NCBI GenBank assembly: GCA_009836005.1
Contig: VXWG01000088.1
Coordinates: 17,169 to 81,168, forward strand
DNA: 64,000 nucleotides
Reading direction: 5' to 3'
DNA from: Candidatus Palauibacter irciniicola
GTDB taxonomy: Bacteria > Gemmatimonadota > Gemmatimonadetes > Palauibacterales > Palauibacteraceae
Every line of letters starts with the position of its first letter. The first letter of the stretch is position 1. Both the position numbers and the translations under genes were made by a program. Shown piece by piece: positions 22,927-32,712 of the stretch. The notes below the pieces were generated by a model. That model saw only the letters and a program-made list of their open reading frames with translations, had not been told where the DNA came from and did not search any database.

Positions 22927-24062
22927 CTCGAACCTTTCGTGGTCGCGGAGTCGTCGGTCTTGCCGGGGCCTGTTTCGGCGGGGCCCGTGTCCGCGGGACC
23001 TACCAGGCGCGTCAGGGCCTCCCACGGGTCGCCGGCCGCGGCCTCCCGCATCAGCGCTTCGACGGAGGGCACCAGCGCGCCGTGCGACTCGTACACGCGC
23101 TCGAAGTCATCCAGCCTCGTGTAGTAGAGCAGGCGCGAGATCATCCACGCGTTGTCGAGACCGTCCGGGTCGAGCGAGCCGTACTGCGCGTGCAGCCGCG
23201 GCTTGTACTCCGTCTCGAAGCGTTGGGCCGCCGCCTCGAACACCTCGCGCTTGGCCGCCCGCTTCGCGTCGTCCGGCATGGCGGAGGCGTACACCTCCTC
23301 CAGCGGCGCGAGGATGGAATGGAAGAAGTGGCCGAATACGCGCGTGTCCTCCCACCTCCACTGCGCCCGCACGCAGGCGCTCTCGTCCGCCACCGCCTCG
23401 CAGAAGAACTCGATCGCGCCGCGGTACCCGACGAAGTTCGCGAAGCTCTCGTTGAAATCCGCCTGGCCGGTGGGGAAGTACGTGCTGTGCGTGATCTCGT
23501 GGATCACCGTCTCGACGAGCCCGAGGCTGTCGAGGCGCAGCGTCGTCGACATGATGGGGTCCGGGAACCAGCCGAGCGTCGAAAAAGCGGAGACGGGCCG
23601 GACCGACACGTCATAGCCTTCCTCGGCCAGGCCGGCGGCCTCCGCCCGGGCGTCGTCGAAGTCGAAGAATCCTTTGTACGGGACGTGGCCGACGATGGGG
23701 AACCACCACGTTTTCCAGCGCAGATCGAACTCCGGGGCGGCGAGCACGATCAGGACCAGCGTGTCGCGGTGGAGTTGCGTGAACGACTCGTAGCTCGCCC
23801 CCGCGCGCAGGCCCAGGTCGCGTTCCGCGAAGTCTCTCGCGTCGAGCACGAGCCGCAACTTGTCGCGCGTCTCGCGGGCCACGGTCGTGTCGTGGATCAC
23901 GGCCCGGATGGGACGGCGCGCCGAGAGGATGCGGGCCTCCTCCCAGCCGGCGCGCAGGACGTACGCCGGCGAACAGCCACCCGCGCACAGCAGGAGCAGC
24001 AGGAGCGCGGCGCGCCCGCGGGAGACGGGGAGGCGGGCGCGCCCCGGGCGCGCGGCGCTCAC
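22923..24062 (-). CDS. putative zinc aminopeptidase (HEXXH, DUF2265-like) lipoprotein
   Basis: VIHEITH zinc-binding motif. Lipobox LLLLLLCAGGCS. Track start is at 24068. A second in-frame GTG at 24062 overlaps the Dam stop as GTGA and is the likelier start. Confidence 0.7.
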   Translation of the reverse strand: MSAARPGRARLPVSRGRAALLLLLLCAGGCSPAYVLRAGWEEARILSARRPIRAVIHDTTVARETRDKLRLVLDARDFAERDLGLRAGASYESFTQLHRDTLVLIVLAAPEFDLRWKTWWFPIVGHVPYKGFFDFDDARAEAAGLAEEGYDVSVRPVSAFSTLGWFPDPIMSTTLRLDSLGLVETVIHEITHSTYFPTGQADFNESFANFVGYRGAIEFFCEAVADESACVRAQWRWEDTRVFGHFFHSILAPLEEVYASAMPDDAKRAAKREVFEAAAQRFETEYKPRLHAQYGSLDPDGLDNAWMISRLLYYTRLDDFERVYESHGALVPSVEALMREAAAGDPWEALTRLVGPADTGPAETGPGKTDDSATTKGSR

Positions 24063-25198
24063 GCGCACCTCACGTAGTGGAGGTGCTCACGCACGTCGTC
24101 GCGCAGGTAGCTCCGCCGCGGGCCGTCGGCGTCGCTCCGGTAGCGGCGGTAGGGCCGGTGGTGGAACGCATAGGTATCGGGCAGGCCGCGTTCGCGCAGC
24201 GCCGCTTCGATCGCGGCGCGGTCCAGGTGTCCCTCGTCGTTGTAGCTGAACAGGATGTGGCGTCCGTCCGCGGCCTCCAGCACCTCCCGCAGCGCGTCCG
24301 GAGCCCGGTGCTTCCGGCACCAGTCCGAGCGCTGCGCCTCGTCGGGGATGAGTCCCGTCTTTCCCCGGATCTCCGGCGGCACGGCCCAGCCGAGCGCGAG
24401 GAGTTCGGGGATGTGATAATACGCGGGATATTGCCGGCCGTTGTAAGGGGGGTCGAGATAGACGAGATCGACGGGACCGACGGATTCCAGGAGGCGGGCG
24501 GCGGGTCCGCGAAAGGCGCTGCAGGCACCGGCCCCTTCCCGGCGCGGAGTCGGATCGATCGGGCGAAGTTCGAGTGGGCGCAGGGCGTTCGGCTGCATCG
24601 TCTTCACGAAGGAGGCGTACACGCCCGTCGTGTTCGCCACGCGGTCGGCGGCCTCGATGAGCGTCGCGATCAGGAGTTGCGCCGCGGCCTCGCTGTGGGA
24701 GGATTCGCGCATCCACCGCTCGATCCGCGTCCGGACCCGATCGATCTTCCGTCCGTTCTCGGGGGAGAAGTACATGCGCCCGTGTTCGCGGCCGGCCGTT
24801 CCGTCGCTCGTGTAGTGCTCGGAGATGAACCCGCGGGCCGGACGCTCGCCGTCCTGGTGATCGCCGACACCGTCGATACCGTCCGGATCATCGAAGTCGG
24901 CGAGCCCTTCGAGCAGGGCGCGGTAGCCGATCTCCCGCTTCCCGTTGCGGGCCGCCGCCGGGAGGAGCGAGGCGGGATACCGCGGGGGCGCGTCGAGTTG
25001 GACCCGCGCGACCTGGAGAGCGTAGGAGGACGCCATCAGGTCGCCCGCATGCACCTGCCAGCCCTTCTCCTTGAGCGCCGCCGATACACTGGCGGTGCCG
25101 GCGAACGGGTCGCAGGCGACGCCCGGCGTCGCCTGGAACCGTTCCACGGTCTCCAGCAGGAAGGGGACGAGCTTCGTTTTGTTCCCGAGATAGCGCAC
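24059..25198 (-). CDS. Dam-family (D12 class) N6-adenine DNA methyltransferase, orphan
   Basis: N-terminal RYLGNK, the FAGTAS AdoMet motif, the DPPY catalytic motif and FSYN. A long insert of about 170 aa, TRD-like, sits between motif I and DPPY. No restriction-endonuclease gene is adjacent. Confidence 0.8.
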   Translation of the reverse strand: MRYLGNKTKLVPFLLETVERFQATPGVACDPFAGTASVSAALKEKGWQVHAGDLMASSYALQVARVQLDAPPRYPASLLPAAARNGKREIGYRALLEGLADFDDPDGIDGVGDHQDGERPARGFISEHYTSDGTAGREHGRMYFSPENGRKIDRVRTRIERWMRESSHSEAAAQLLIATLIEAADRVANTTGVYASFVKTMQPNALRPLELRPIDPTPRREGAGACSAFRGPAARLLESVGPVDLVYLDPPYNGRQYPAYYHIPELLALGWAVPPEIRGKTGLIPDEAQRSDWCRKHRAPDALREVLEAADGRHILFSYNDEGHLDRAAIEAALRERGLPDTYAFHHRPYRRYRSDADGPRRSYLRDDVREHLHYVRCA

Positions 25199-25248
25199 GC
25201 GGGAGAATATGGAGACGGGATGCGGGCGAAAAGCTCCGGGGCGCGGCC

Positions 25249-26565
25249 GTGAACGCCGGGGCCCGCCTCACCGAGGCGGCCGCCGGTGTCGCGCTCGCGG
25301 CGGCGCCCCTGCTCCGCCGCGCCCGGCCGGACATCGCGCGGGCGGTGGAGGCACGGCGGCGCGGTGTCGCGGAGCTGGCCGCGTGGGGGCGGGGGCGCGA
25401 GTCCGGGCCGCTCGTGTGGCTGCACGGCGCTTCCGCCGGCGAACTGCTCGGTGCGGCACCGGCCATCCGGGGTCTGCGCGGTTCACCGTCCGGATCGCGC
25501 GCCGGCGGGCGGGCGCAACTTCTCGTCACGCACGGCTCGCCGTCGGGCAGGGCGGCGCTCGCGTGGCTCGATCCGGATTATGCGGGCCCGCCGCCGCTCG
25601 ACCGCGCGCGCGACTGCGATGCCGCGCTCGCCGCCGTGCGGCCCGGCCTCCTCGTGTTCGCGAAGCTGGACGTGTGGCCCGGACTCGTGGCGGCGGCCGC
25701 GCGCGCCGGAGTGCCGGCCGCGCTCATCAACGGCACCGTCCGCGACGGGAGCCGCCGCTCGGGCGCCCTCGCCCGCCGGCTCTTCCGCGCGTCGTACGCG
25801 CGGCTGGACGCGGTCGGCGCCGCGAGCCCGGAGGACGCGGCGCGACTCGAGGCGCTCGGCGTCCGGCCCGGGGCGCTGACGGTGACGGGGGACGCAGCGT
25901 TCGACCTGGCGCTCGAGCGGGCGGACCGCGCGCGCGCCGACGGCTCGGCCGCCCGTTTCCGCGCCAGGCTCGGGGCGGCGGGTGGGGCGGCCCCGCGGCT
26001 CGTTGCCGGCTCGACGTGGCCCGCCGACGAGCGGGCGCTGCTCGATGCCGCGGCGGCCGTGCGACCGGGCGGCGGCCCGGGCTGGCAGCTCGTGATCGCG
26101 CCGCACGAGCCGACCGCCGCGCACGTCGACGCCCTCGTCGCGTCGTGCACGGCCCGCGGGGAACGCGTCATCCGCTGGAGCGAGATCGGCGATGCCGCCG
26201 CGGGACCCGACGTCTCCGTCATCGTCTTCGACGAGGTCGGCCGGCTCGCCGAACTGTACGCGGCGGGCGATGTGGCCTATGTGGGCGGCGGCCTCGGGGG
26301 CACCGGGCTCCACAACGTGCTCGAGCCCGCCGCGGCCGGGCTGCCCGTCGTCTTCGGCCCGCGCCACGACCGGGCCGACGCCCGCGCCCTCGCGTCGGCC
26401 GGCGGCGGGCTCGTCTCCCCGGCCGGCGCGCTCGCGGACACCCTGGCCGGGCTGGCCCGCCCGCCTCGCCGCCGCCGCCACGCCCGGGCGGCCCGCGCGT
26501 TCGTCGAGGCGGGCGCCGGCGCCGCCGCCCGCACGGCGGATCTGTTGCGCCCGCTCTGGCCTTAG
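25249..26565 (+). CDS. waaA: 3-deoxy-D-manno-octulosonic acid (Kdo) transferase
   Basis: GT30 family similarity across the full length. GTG start. Confidence 0.8.
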   Translation: MNAGARLTEAAAGVALAAAPLLRRARPDIARAVEARRRGVAELAAWGRGRESGPLVWLHGASAGELLGAAPAIRGLRGSPSGSRAGGRAQLLVTHGSPSGRAALAWLDPDYAGPPPLDRARDCDAALAAVRPGLLVFAKLDVWPGLVAAAARAGVPAALINGTVRDGSRRSGALARRLFRASYARLDAVGAASPEDAARLEALGVRPGALTVTGDAAFDLALERADRARADGSAARFRARLGAAGGAAPRLVAGSTWPADERALLDAAAAVRPGGGPGWQLVIAPHEPTAAHVDALVASCTARGERVIRWSEIGDAAAGPDVSVIVFDEVGRLAELYAAGDVAYVGGGLGGTGLHNVLEPAAAGLPVVFGPRHDRADARALASAGGGLVSPAGALADTLAGLARPPRRRRHARAARAFVEAGAGAAARTADLLRPLWP

Positions 26566-26780
26566 CGCCTCTCCGCCCAGAGCTTCGGGCCGAACACGAA
26601 CCAGAGCACGCTGCCGACGATGGGGCAGAGGAAGATCACAGCGACCCACAGCACCTTTTCTCGCCTCGGCGCCCTGGAAAGCGCGGTGATGCCCGTCGCC
26701 CAGAGGTTGAGGGCCACGAGAAGGGCCAGGAGCACGAGGCGCGGGTCCAGCGCCGCCGCCCAGTCCAGCGCGGCGTTCAT
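26562..26780 (-). CDS. small membrane protein (PLD-nuclease N-terminal / cardiolipin synthase N-terminal domain-like)
   Basis: 72 aa with two TM helices (LWVAVIFLCPIVGSVLWFVFGPKLW). ATG overlaps the msbA stop as ATGA. It is the 3' tail of track ORF 26562..27590. Confidence 0.55.
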   Translation of the reverse strand: MNAALDWAAALDPRLVLLALLVALNLWATGITALSRAPRREKVLWVAVIFLCPIVGSVLWFVFGPKLWAERR

Positions 26781-28669
26781 GCGGCGGCCGTCGGCTTCTG
26801 GAACTGGAGGCGGTGGAGTTGCGCGTAGAGGCCGCCGCTCTCGAGCAGCGTGTCGTGCGTGCCGGATTCGCGGATGCGTCCGTGGTGGAGCACGAGGATG
26901 CGATCCGCCCCCTGGATGGTGGAAAGCCGGTGCGCGATGACGAGGCTCGTCCGCCCCTCCATCAGGCGTTCCAGCGCCGCCTGGATCTCCGCCTCGATCT
27001 CCGAGTCCACCGAACTCGTCGCCTCGTCCAGGAGCAGGATGGGCGGGTCCCCCGCGAGGGCGCGGGCGAAGGAAACCAGTTGGCGCTCGCCGACCGACAG
27101 GTTCCCGCCCCGCTCGCTCAGCGGTTCGTCGTACTTTTTCGGCAGCCGCGCGAGGTGACGATCGACCCCCACCTGACGGGCCGCCTCGCGGATCTCGTCC
27201 CGCCCCACCGCCTCCCGGTCGAGCGCGATGTTGTTCGCGGCGGAGCCCGAGAAGAGATAGACGTCCTGCAGCACGAGGCCCATCCGGTTGCGTAGGTCGG
27301 CGAGCCGGAGGTCCCGGATGTCGACCCCATCCAGCGTGATGCGTCCGCGCTGCGGCTCGTAGAAGCGCATGAGAAGGCTGAACAGCGTCGTCTTGCCCGC
27401 GCCGGTCGCTCCGACGACCGCGAGCCGCTGTCCCGGCTCCGCCGTGAAGCTGATGCCGCGCAGCACCCAGCCGTCGTCCGGCGCGTCCTCGTCGAGCCGC
27501 CCCTCCGCCCCTTCCCAGGCCGCCGCGTGCGCCAGGGCGGGCGTCGTGACCCCCGCCGCATCCTCCTCCGGCGACAGGTACCGGAACCACACGTCCTCGA
27601 ACTCGATACGGCCCTTCACGCGCGCCGGAAGCTCCGTCGGGTCCTTCGGATCCTCGATCCCCGGCGCCTCGTCCAGGAGCCGGAAGATTCGCTCCGAACT
27701 CGCCATCGCTCCCTGCAGGATGTTGTACTTCTCGGACAGGTCCTGGATCGGGCGGAAGAACCGTCTCGCGTACTGCAGGAAGGCCGCGATGACGCCGATC
27801 GTGAGCGTCCCCTGGAGGGCCTGGTTGCCTCCGTACCAGATGATCAGCGCGAGCGCGACGGACGCGAGCACCTCGACGACGGGAAAGAAGAGCGCGTAGT
27901 AGGTGATCGAGCGCAGGTGGGCCTCGAGGTGGTCATCGTTGATCTCGCCGAACCAGCGCGTCGCCGCCCGCTCCTGCCGGAACAGCTGCACCACGCGCAC
28001 CCCCGTGATCCGCTCCTGCAGGAAGGCATTGATGCGCGCGAGCCGGATCCTGATGTCGCGGTACGCCTCGCGCACCTTCTTCCGAAAGAGCCAGGCGGCC
28101 ACGAACACGAGCGGGAGGACCGCGAACGTCACGAGGGCGAGCCGCCAGTCCATGACGAGCATGGCGATCATGATGAAGGCGACCGTGAACACGTCCCCGA
28201 AGATCGTTACGACCCCGGAGGTGAACATCTCGTTCAGGACCTCGACGTCGCTCGTGATCCGCGTCATCAGGCGTCCGACCGGGTTGCGGTCGAAGTACGC
28301 GAGCCGCAGGCGCTGCAGGTGCCGGAAGATCTCCTGCCGCAGGTCGAGCATCACGTTCTGCCCGATCCACGTGGTCAGGATCGTGCGCGCGTATTCCAGC
28401 AGTCCGGAGAGGAGGAGCGAGACGAAGAAGATGATCGCAAGGGTGCGGATGGCGCCGAAATCGCCGTCCGGAATCGCGTGGTCGATGACCTCCATGGTCA
28501 GCCAGGGGCCGACAAGGGCGAGGCCCGAGGCGGCCACGAGCATCAGCACCGCGAGCGCGACTCTGCCCCGGTACGGTCTCAGGTACCCGAGCAGACGCTT
28601 CATGAGACGGGCGTCGTACGCCTTCCCGAGCGCTTCTTCTTCCTGGAGGGGACCGTCCGGCGCTTGCAT
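26777..28669 (-). CDS. msbA: ABC transporter permease/ATPase, MsbA-like lipid exporter
   Basis: Six TM segments followed by an NBD with Walker A GATGAGKTT, signature LSVGERQ and Walker B LLLDEATS. Start taken at MQAPDG (28669). The track ORF runs to 29674 across the uvrA start. Confidence 0.8.
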   Translation of the reverse strand: MQAPDGPLQEEEALGKAYDARLMKRLLGYLRPYRGRVALAVLMLVAASGLALVGPWLTMEVIDHAIPDGDFGAIRTLAIIFFVSLLLSGLLEYARTILTTWIGQNVMLDLRQEIFRHLQRLRLAYFDRNPVGRLMTRITSDVEVLNEMFTSGVVTIFGDVFTVAFIMIAMLVMDWRLALVTFAVLPLVFVAAWLFRKKVREAYRDIRIRLARINAFLQERITGVRVVQLFRQERAATRWFGEINDDHLEAHLRSITYYALFFPVVEVLASVALALIIWYGGNQALQGTLTIGVIAAFLQYARRFFRPIQDLSEKYNILQGAMASSERIFRLLDEAPGIEDPKDPTELPARVKGRIEFEDVWFRYLSPEEDAAGVTTPALAHAAAWEGAEGRLDEDAPDDGWVLRGISFTAEPGQRLAVVGATGAGKTTLFSLLMRFYEPQRGRITLDGVDIRDLRLADLRNRMGLVLQDVYLFSGSAANNIALDREAVGRDEIREAARQVGVDRHLARLPKKYDEPLSERGGNLSVGERQLVSFARALAGDPPILLLDEATSSVDSEIEAEIQAALERLMEGRTSLVIAHRLSTIQGADRILVLHHGRIRESGTHDTLLESGGLYAQLHRLQFQKPTAAA

Positions 28670-28744
28670 GCCCCATAGTACGAAGTCGCCGCCCCCGGTC
28701 CAATCAGGTTGGCGCGCCCCGTCGCCGCCGGCCATCATGCTTCC

Positions 28745-31669
28745 ATGAGCGAGCGGATCCGGGTCCGGGGCGCCCGGCAGCACAACCTCAAGGGCGTCGA
28801 CATCGACATCGAGCGCGGGGCCCTCACCGTCCTCACGGGGCCTTCCGGCTCGGGGAAATCCAGCCTCGCCTTCGACACGATCTACGCCGAGGGGCAGCGG
28901 CGGTACATCGAGTCGCTGTCCACCTACGCCAAGCAGTTCCTCGAGCGGATGCCGAAGCCCGCCGTCGATCTCGTCGAGGGCGTGAGCCCCTCCGTCGCCA
29001 TCGACCAGAGCAACCGGGTGCAGTCGAGCCGCTCCACGGTCGGCACGATCACGGAGGTCTACGACTACCTGAGACTGCTCTGGGCGCGCGTGGGGACGAC
29101 CGTGTGTCCGGAGTGCGGGCGTGTGGTCGTGCCGGACACCGTGACGTCGGCCACCGATGCGCTCCTCGATGCCGGTCCCGACGCGCGGCTCGCCATCGCC
29201 TTCCCCGTCCCCCCCGAGGCGCGCGCGGACGGCGCGATGGTGGTGCAGAATCTCAGGGCGCGGGGGTACGTCCGCCTCCTCGCCGACGACCGCGAACTCT
29301 ACCTGCCGGACATCGATCTGGAGGGAGAAGAAGGAGAAGAAGAAGAGGGAGGAGGGGACGCCACGCGCGCGTTGACGCAGGCGCGGGAGGCGCTCGTGGT
29401 CGTGGACCGGGTCGGGTCCCGGGCGGAGGACCGGGAACGGATCGCGGATTCGCTCGCGGCCGCCTTCGCCGAGGGAAGGGGCGCCGCCGTCGCGCTCGTC
29501 TGGCCCCCCGGCGCCTCGACCCCCGAACGCCGCGACTTCGAGGAAGCCCATCGCTGCGGAGCCTGCGGAGCCGCGTTTCCGCGGCCCACTCCGCAGTTGT
29601 TCAGCTTCAACAGCCCCGCCGGAGCGTGCGACACCTGCACGGGATTCGGCGCGGTGCTCGAGTACTCCCCCCAACTCATCGTTCCCGACCCGGGCCGTTC
29701 ACTGGAAGAGGGAGCCCTCGATCCGTGGTCGAAGCCCCGCTACCGGCGCGAGCGTTCGCGCCTGAGACAGTTCGCCGCCGCCTCCGGGCTCGACACGACC
29801 CTCCCGTGGGAGGTGCTTCCCGAGGAGGGCCGCGACGTCCTGTTGAACGGAGGGACGTACGCCGAGGAGCGCTTCCGGGGCGTGATCCCCTTCCTCCGCT
29901 CGAAGGAGAAAAAGCGGTACAAGGCGTACATCCGCGTCTTCCTGCGCCAGTATCAGCTTCCCGAGCGGTGTTCCGGCTGCGAAGGCTACCGCCTGAAGCC
30001 GAAGGCGCTGAACGTCCGTGTCGGGGGGCGGCACATCGCCGAGGCCGCCCGCTGGACGGTGAAGGAGCTCTCCGCCTGGCTCGCGGAAGGCCTCGACCTC
30101 ACCCCCTTTCAGCGTCACGTGGCGTCGACGATCCTCCGCGAACTCGAGCACCGGACTTCGTTTCTCACGGAAGTCGGGCTCGGGTACCTGACGCTGGACC
30201 GGCAGGCCCGATCCCTTTCCGGAGGGGAGATGCAGAGGATCCGCCTCGCCAGCTGTCTCGGGAGCCGGCTGGTGGGCACGCTCTACGTCCTCGACGAACC
30301 GACGATCGGCCTTCACCCGCACGACATCGACGCCTTCACCGGCGTCCTCGAGCGGCTCGCGGGCCGCGGGAACACCGTCCTCGTCGTCGAGCACGAGCCC
30401 GCGGTGCTGGAGCGGGCCGACCGCATCGTGGAACTGGGGCCCCGGGCCGGGGAGCAGGGCGGCGAGATCGTGTTCGAGGGCGGCTGGGACGACCTCCTCG
30501 CGGCGGAGACGGGGACGGGACAGGCCCTTGCGCGGCGGGCGGCCGCCGCCGGACAGGGCCGTGCACGGCAGGGAGGCGCACGGCAGGCCGGTGCACGGCA
30601 GCCTGACGGTCCCCGGCTCGTCCTGCGCGGCGCCCGCCTGCACAACGTGCGGGACGTGGATGTGGCGATTCCGCTGGGGGCGCTCACGCTCGTCACCGGC
30701 GTCTCCGGCTCCGGAAAGTCGACGCTCATCCGGGGGGTGCTGTACCACGCCCTCGAGCGGGAGATCACGGACCGGTCCTCCGCCAAACCACACTTGGGCG
30801 AGCCCGCCGGCGCCTGGGACCGGCTCGAAGGCGCGGAACTCCTGGAGGATGTCGTGCTCGTCGACCAGCGGCCGATCGGCCGCACCCCGCGCTCGAATCC
30901 CGCGACCTACATCGGAGCCTTCACGGCGCTGAGGAACGCATACGCCGCGCTCCCGGAAGCGCGCTCCCGCGGATACGAAGCGGGGTATTTCTCCTTCAAC
31001 CGCCCGGGCGGGCGCTGCGAGCAATGCAAGGGTGCGGGCGAGGAGACGGTGGAGATGGTCTTCCTGGCCGACGTCTCCGTGCCCTGCGAGGCGTGCGGGG
31101 GGTCGCGCTACCGTCCGGAGGTGCTGGAGATCGGGATCCGCGGGCGCTCGATCCGCGACGCCCTCGACATGACCGTGGACGAGGCGATCCGCTTCTTCAT
31201 CCGGCACGACCGCCTCGGCGCCCGGCTGTGGCAACTGCAACGCGTGGGTCTGGGATACCTTCGGCTCGGCCAGCCGGCCACGACGCTCTCCGGAGGGGAA
31301 GCGCAGCGCCTCAAGATCGCCCGGGAACTCGCGCGCCGGGGAGGCGCGGGGCGCAGGCTGTACATCCTCGACGAACCCACGGTGGGCCTCGGCGTGGCGG
31401 AAGTCGGCACGCTCGTCGCGGTGCTGCGCGAACTCGTGAAGGAGGGGCACGCCGTCGTCGTCGTCGAACACAACCTCGACGTGGTCGCGGAGGCCGACTG
31501 GGTCATCGACATGGGGCCGGGGGCCGCGGAGGACGGCGGCCGCATCGTGGCGGCGGGGCCGCCCGCCACGATCGCGGAGTCCGAGGCCTCGCTCACCGGG
31601 GCCTTCCTCCGCGCGCGGGCGCAGCGGCTCGGACTCGATGCGGCCGTTGCCGGAGCGGAGTCAGCGTGA
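28745..31669 (+). CDS. uvrA: excinuclease ABC subunit A
   Basis: Tandem ABC ATPase modules with zinc fingers. ATG at 28745 (MSERIRVRGARQHNLKG). Confidence 0.9.
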   Translation: MSERIRVRGARQHNLKGVDIDIERGALTVLTGPSGSGKSSLAFDTIYAEGQRRYIESLSTYAKQFLERMPKPAVDLVEGVSPSVAIDQSNRVQSSRSTVGTITEVYDYLRLLWARVGTTVCPECGRVVVPDTVTSATDALLDAGPDARLAIAFPVPPEARADGAMVVQNLRARGYVRLLADDRELYLPDIDLEGEEGEEEEGGGDATRALTQAREALVVVDRVGSRAEDRERIADSLAAAFAEGRGAAVALVWPPGASTPERRDFEEAHRCGACGAAFPRPTPQLFSFNSPAGACDTCTGFGAVLEYSPQLIVPDPGRSLEEGALDPWSKPRYRRERSRLRQFAAASGLDTTLPWEVLPEEGRDVLLNGGTYAEERFRGVIPFLRSKEKKRYKAYIRVFLRQYQLPERCSGCEGYRLKPKALNVRVGGRHIAEAARWTVKELSAWLAEGLDLTPFQRHVASTILRELEHRTSFLTEVGLGYLTLDRQARSLSGGEMQRIRLASCLGSRLVGTLYVLDEPTIGLHPHDIDAFTGVLERLAGRGNTVLVVEHEPAVLERADRIVELGPRAGEQGGEIVFEGGWDDLLAAETGTGQALARRAAAAGQGRARQGGARQAGARQPDGPRLVLRGARLHNVRDVDVAIPLGALTLVTGVSGSGKSTLIRGVLYHALEREITDRSSAKPHLGEPAGAWDRLEGAELLEDVVLVDQRPIGRTPRSNPATYIGAFTALRNAYAALPEARSRGYEAGYFSFNRPGGRCEQCKGAGEETVEMVFLADVSVPCEACGGSRYRPEVLEIGIRGRSIRDALDMTVDEAIRFFIRHDRLGARLWQLQRVGLGYLRLGQPATTLSGGEAQRLKIARELARRGGAGRRLYILDEPTVGLGVAEVGTLVAVLRELVKEGHAVVVVEHNLDVVAEADWVIDMGPGAAEDGGRIVAAGPPATIAESEASLTGAFLRARAQRLGLDAAVAGAESA
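30563..30607 (+). repeat. 15-nt tandem repeat x3 inside uvrA (GCACGGCAGGNNGGN, encodes ARQGG/ARQAG/ARQPD)
   Basis: Direct reading. The repeat sits in the low-complexity linker of UvrA, together with an EGEEGEEEEGGG acidic insert near 29320. Confidence 0.5.
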
Positions 31670-32712
31670 CCGGAGCGGGCGGGCCGCGCGTCTCCATCCT
31701 TTTGCCGTGCCGGGACGCCGAACCCTTCCTGGGCGCGTGCATCGAGAGCCTCGCCGCCCAGTCAGAGCCGCGCTTCGAGGTGCTCGCGCTCGATGACGGT
31801 TCGAGAGACGGCACCGGGCCGATGCTCCGGGCGTGGGCGGGCCGCGACCCCCGCGTCCGTCTCGTCGATCGCGACGGTACCGGGATCGTCGCGGCGCTGC
31901 GCCGGCTGTCGGGCGAGGCGCGGTCCCCGCTCCTCGCCCGCATGGACGCCGACGACATCGCGCGTCCCGCCCGGCTGGCCGCGCAACTTCGCCTCCTCGC
32001 CCGGCGCCCGGATATCGCCGCGTGCGGCACGGGCGTCCGCTACTTCCCGCGCCCCCGGCCCGGCTCGGGCTACCTCCGCTACGAGCGCTGGATCAACGGG
32101 CTCACCGAGCCCGCCGCGGTCGAGCGGGACCTGTTCGTCGAGTGTCCGATCGCCCACCCCACGCTGATGGTGTGGCGCGACGCCTTCGAGGCGGCCGGCG
32201 GCTATCGCGACGCCGGGGGACCGGAGGACTACGATCTCATCCTGCGGCTGTCCGCGGCGGGCTGCCGCATGACGAACGTGCCGCGGGTGCTCCACGAGTG
32301 GCGCCTGGGCCCGCACCGGCTGTCGGAGCGGTCGGACCGCTACAGCCCCGAGGCGTTCCGGCGTCTTAAGATCGCGCACCTCGCGGCCGGGCGCGTACCG
32401 GCGGGCCGTCCGCTCGTGATCTGGGGCGCCGGCAAGGTCGGCAAGGCCTTCGCGCGCGGCTGGCTCGAACAGGCCGACTCCGCGACGCGCGCCCGCCCGG
32501 TGGAGGCGTTCGTGGACCTGGACCCGCGCAAGATCGGGCAGAACATCCACGGCGCCGTCGTCCTCCGCCCGGAGGATCTCCCGGCGTTCGCCGCGCCCGC
32601 CCGCCCGTACATGCTCCTCGCGGTGGGAACGCCCGGCGCGCGCCGCGAGATCCGCGAGGCGCTGGACGGTCTGGGTTTTTCGGAGATCGAGGATTACCGG
32701 GCCGTGGCCTAG
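31666..32712 (+). CDS. family-2 glycosyltransferase with C-terminal Rossmann-like extension
   Basis: GT-A motifs ILLPCRDAE, LDDGSRD and DADD. The C-terminal segment carries IWGAGKVGK. GTG at 31666 overlaps the uvrA stop as GTGA. Confidence 0.7.
   Translation: MTGAGGPRVSILLPCRDAEPFLGACIESLAAQSEPRFEVLALDDGSRDGTGPMLRAWAGRDPRVRLVDRDGTGIVAALRRLSGEARSPLLARMDADDIARPARLAAQLRLLARRPDIAACGTGVRYFPRPRPGSGYLRYERWINGLTEPAAVERDLFVECPIAHPTLMVWRDAFEAAGGYRDAGGPEDYDLILRLSAAGCRMTNVPRVLHEWRLGPHRLSERSDRYSPEAFRRLKIAHLAAGRVPAGRPLVIWGAGKVGKAFARGWLEQADSATRARPVEAFVDLDPRKIGQNIHGAVVLRPEDLPAFAAPARPYMLLAVGTPGARREIREALDGLGFSEIEDYRAVA

Noticed and set aside
24059-25198. Restriction-modification system around the Dam-family methyltransferase
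   Set aside because: There is no endonuclease-like ORF (PD-(D/E)xK, HNH or GIY-YIG) on either side. The neighbours are an aminopeptidase and waaA. I treat it as an orphan MTase.
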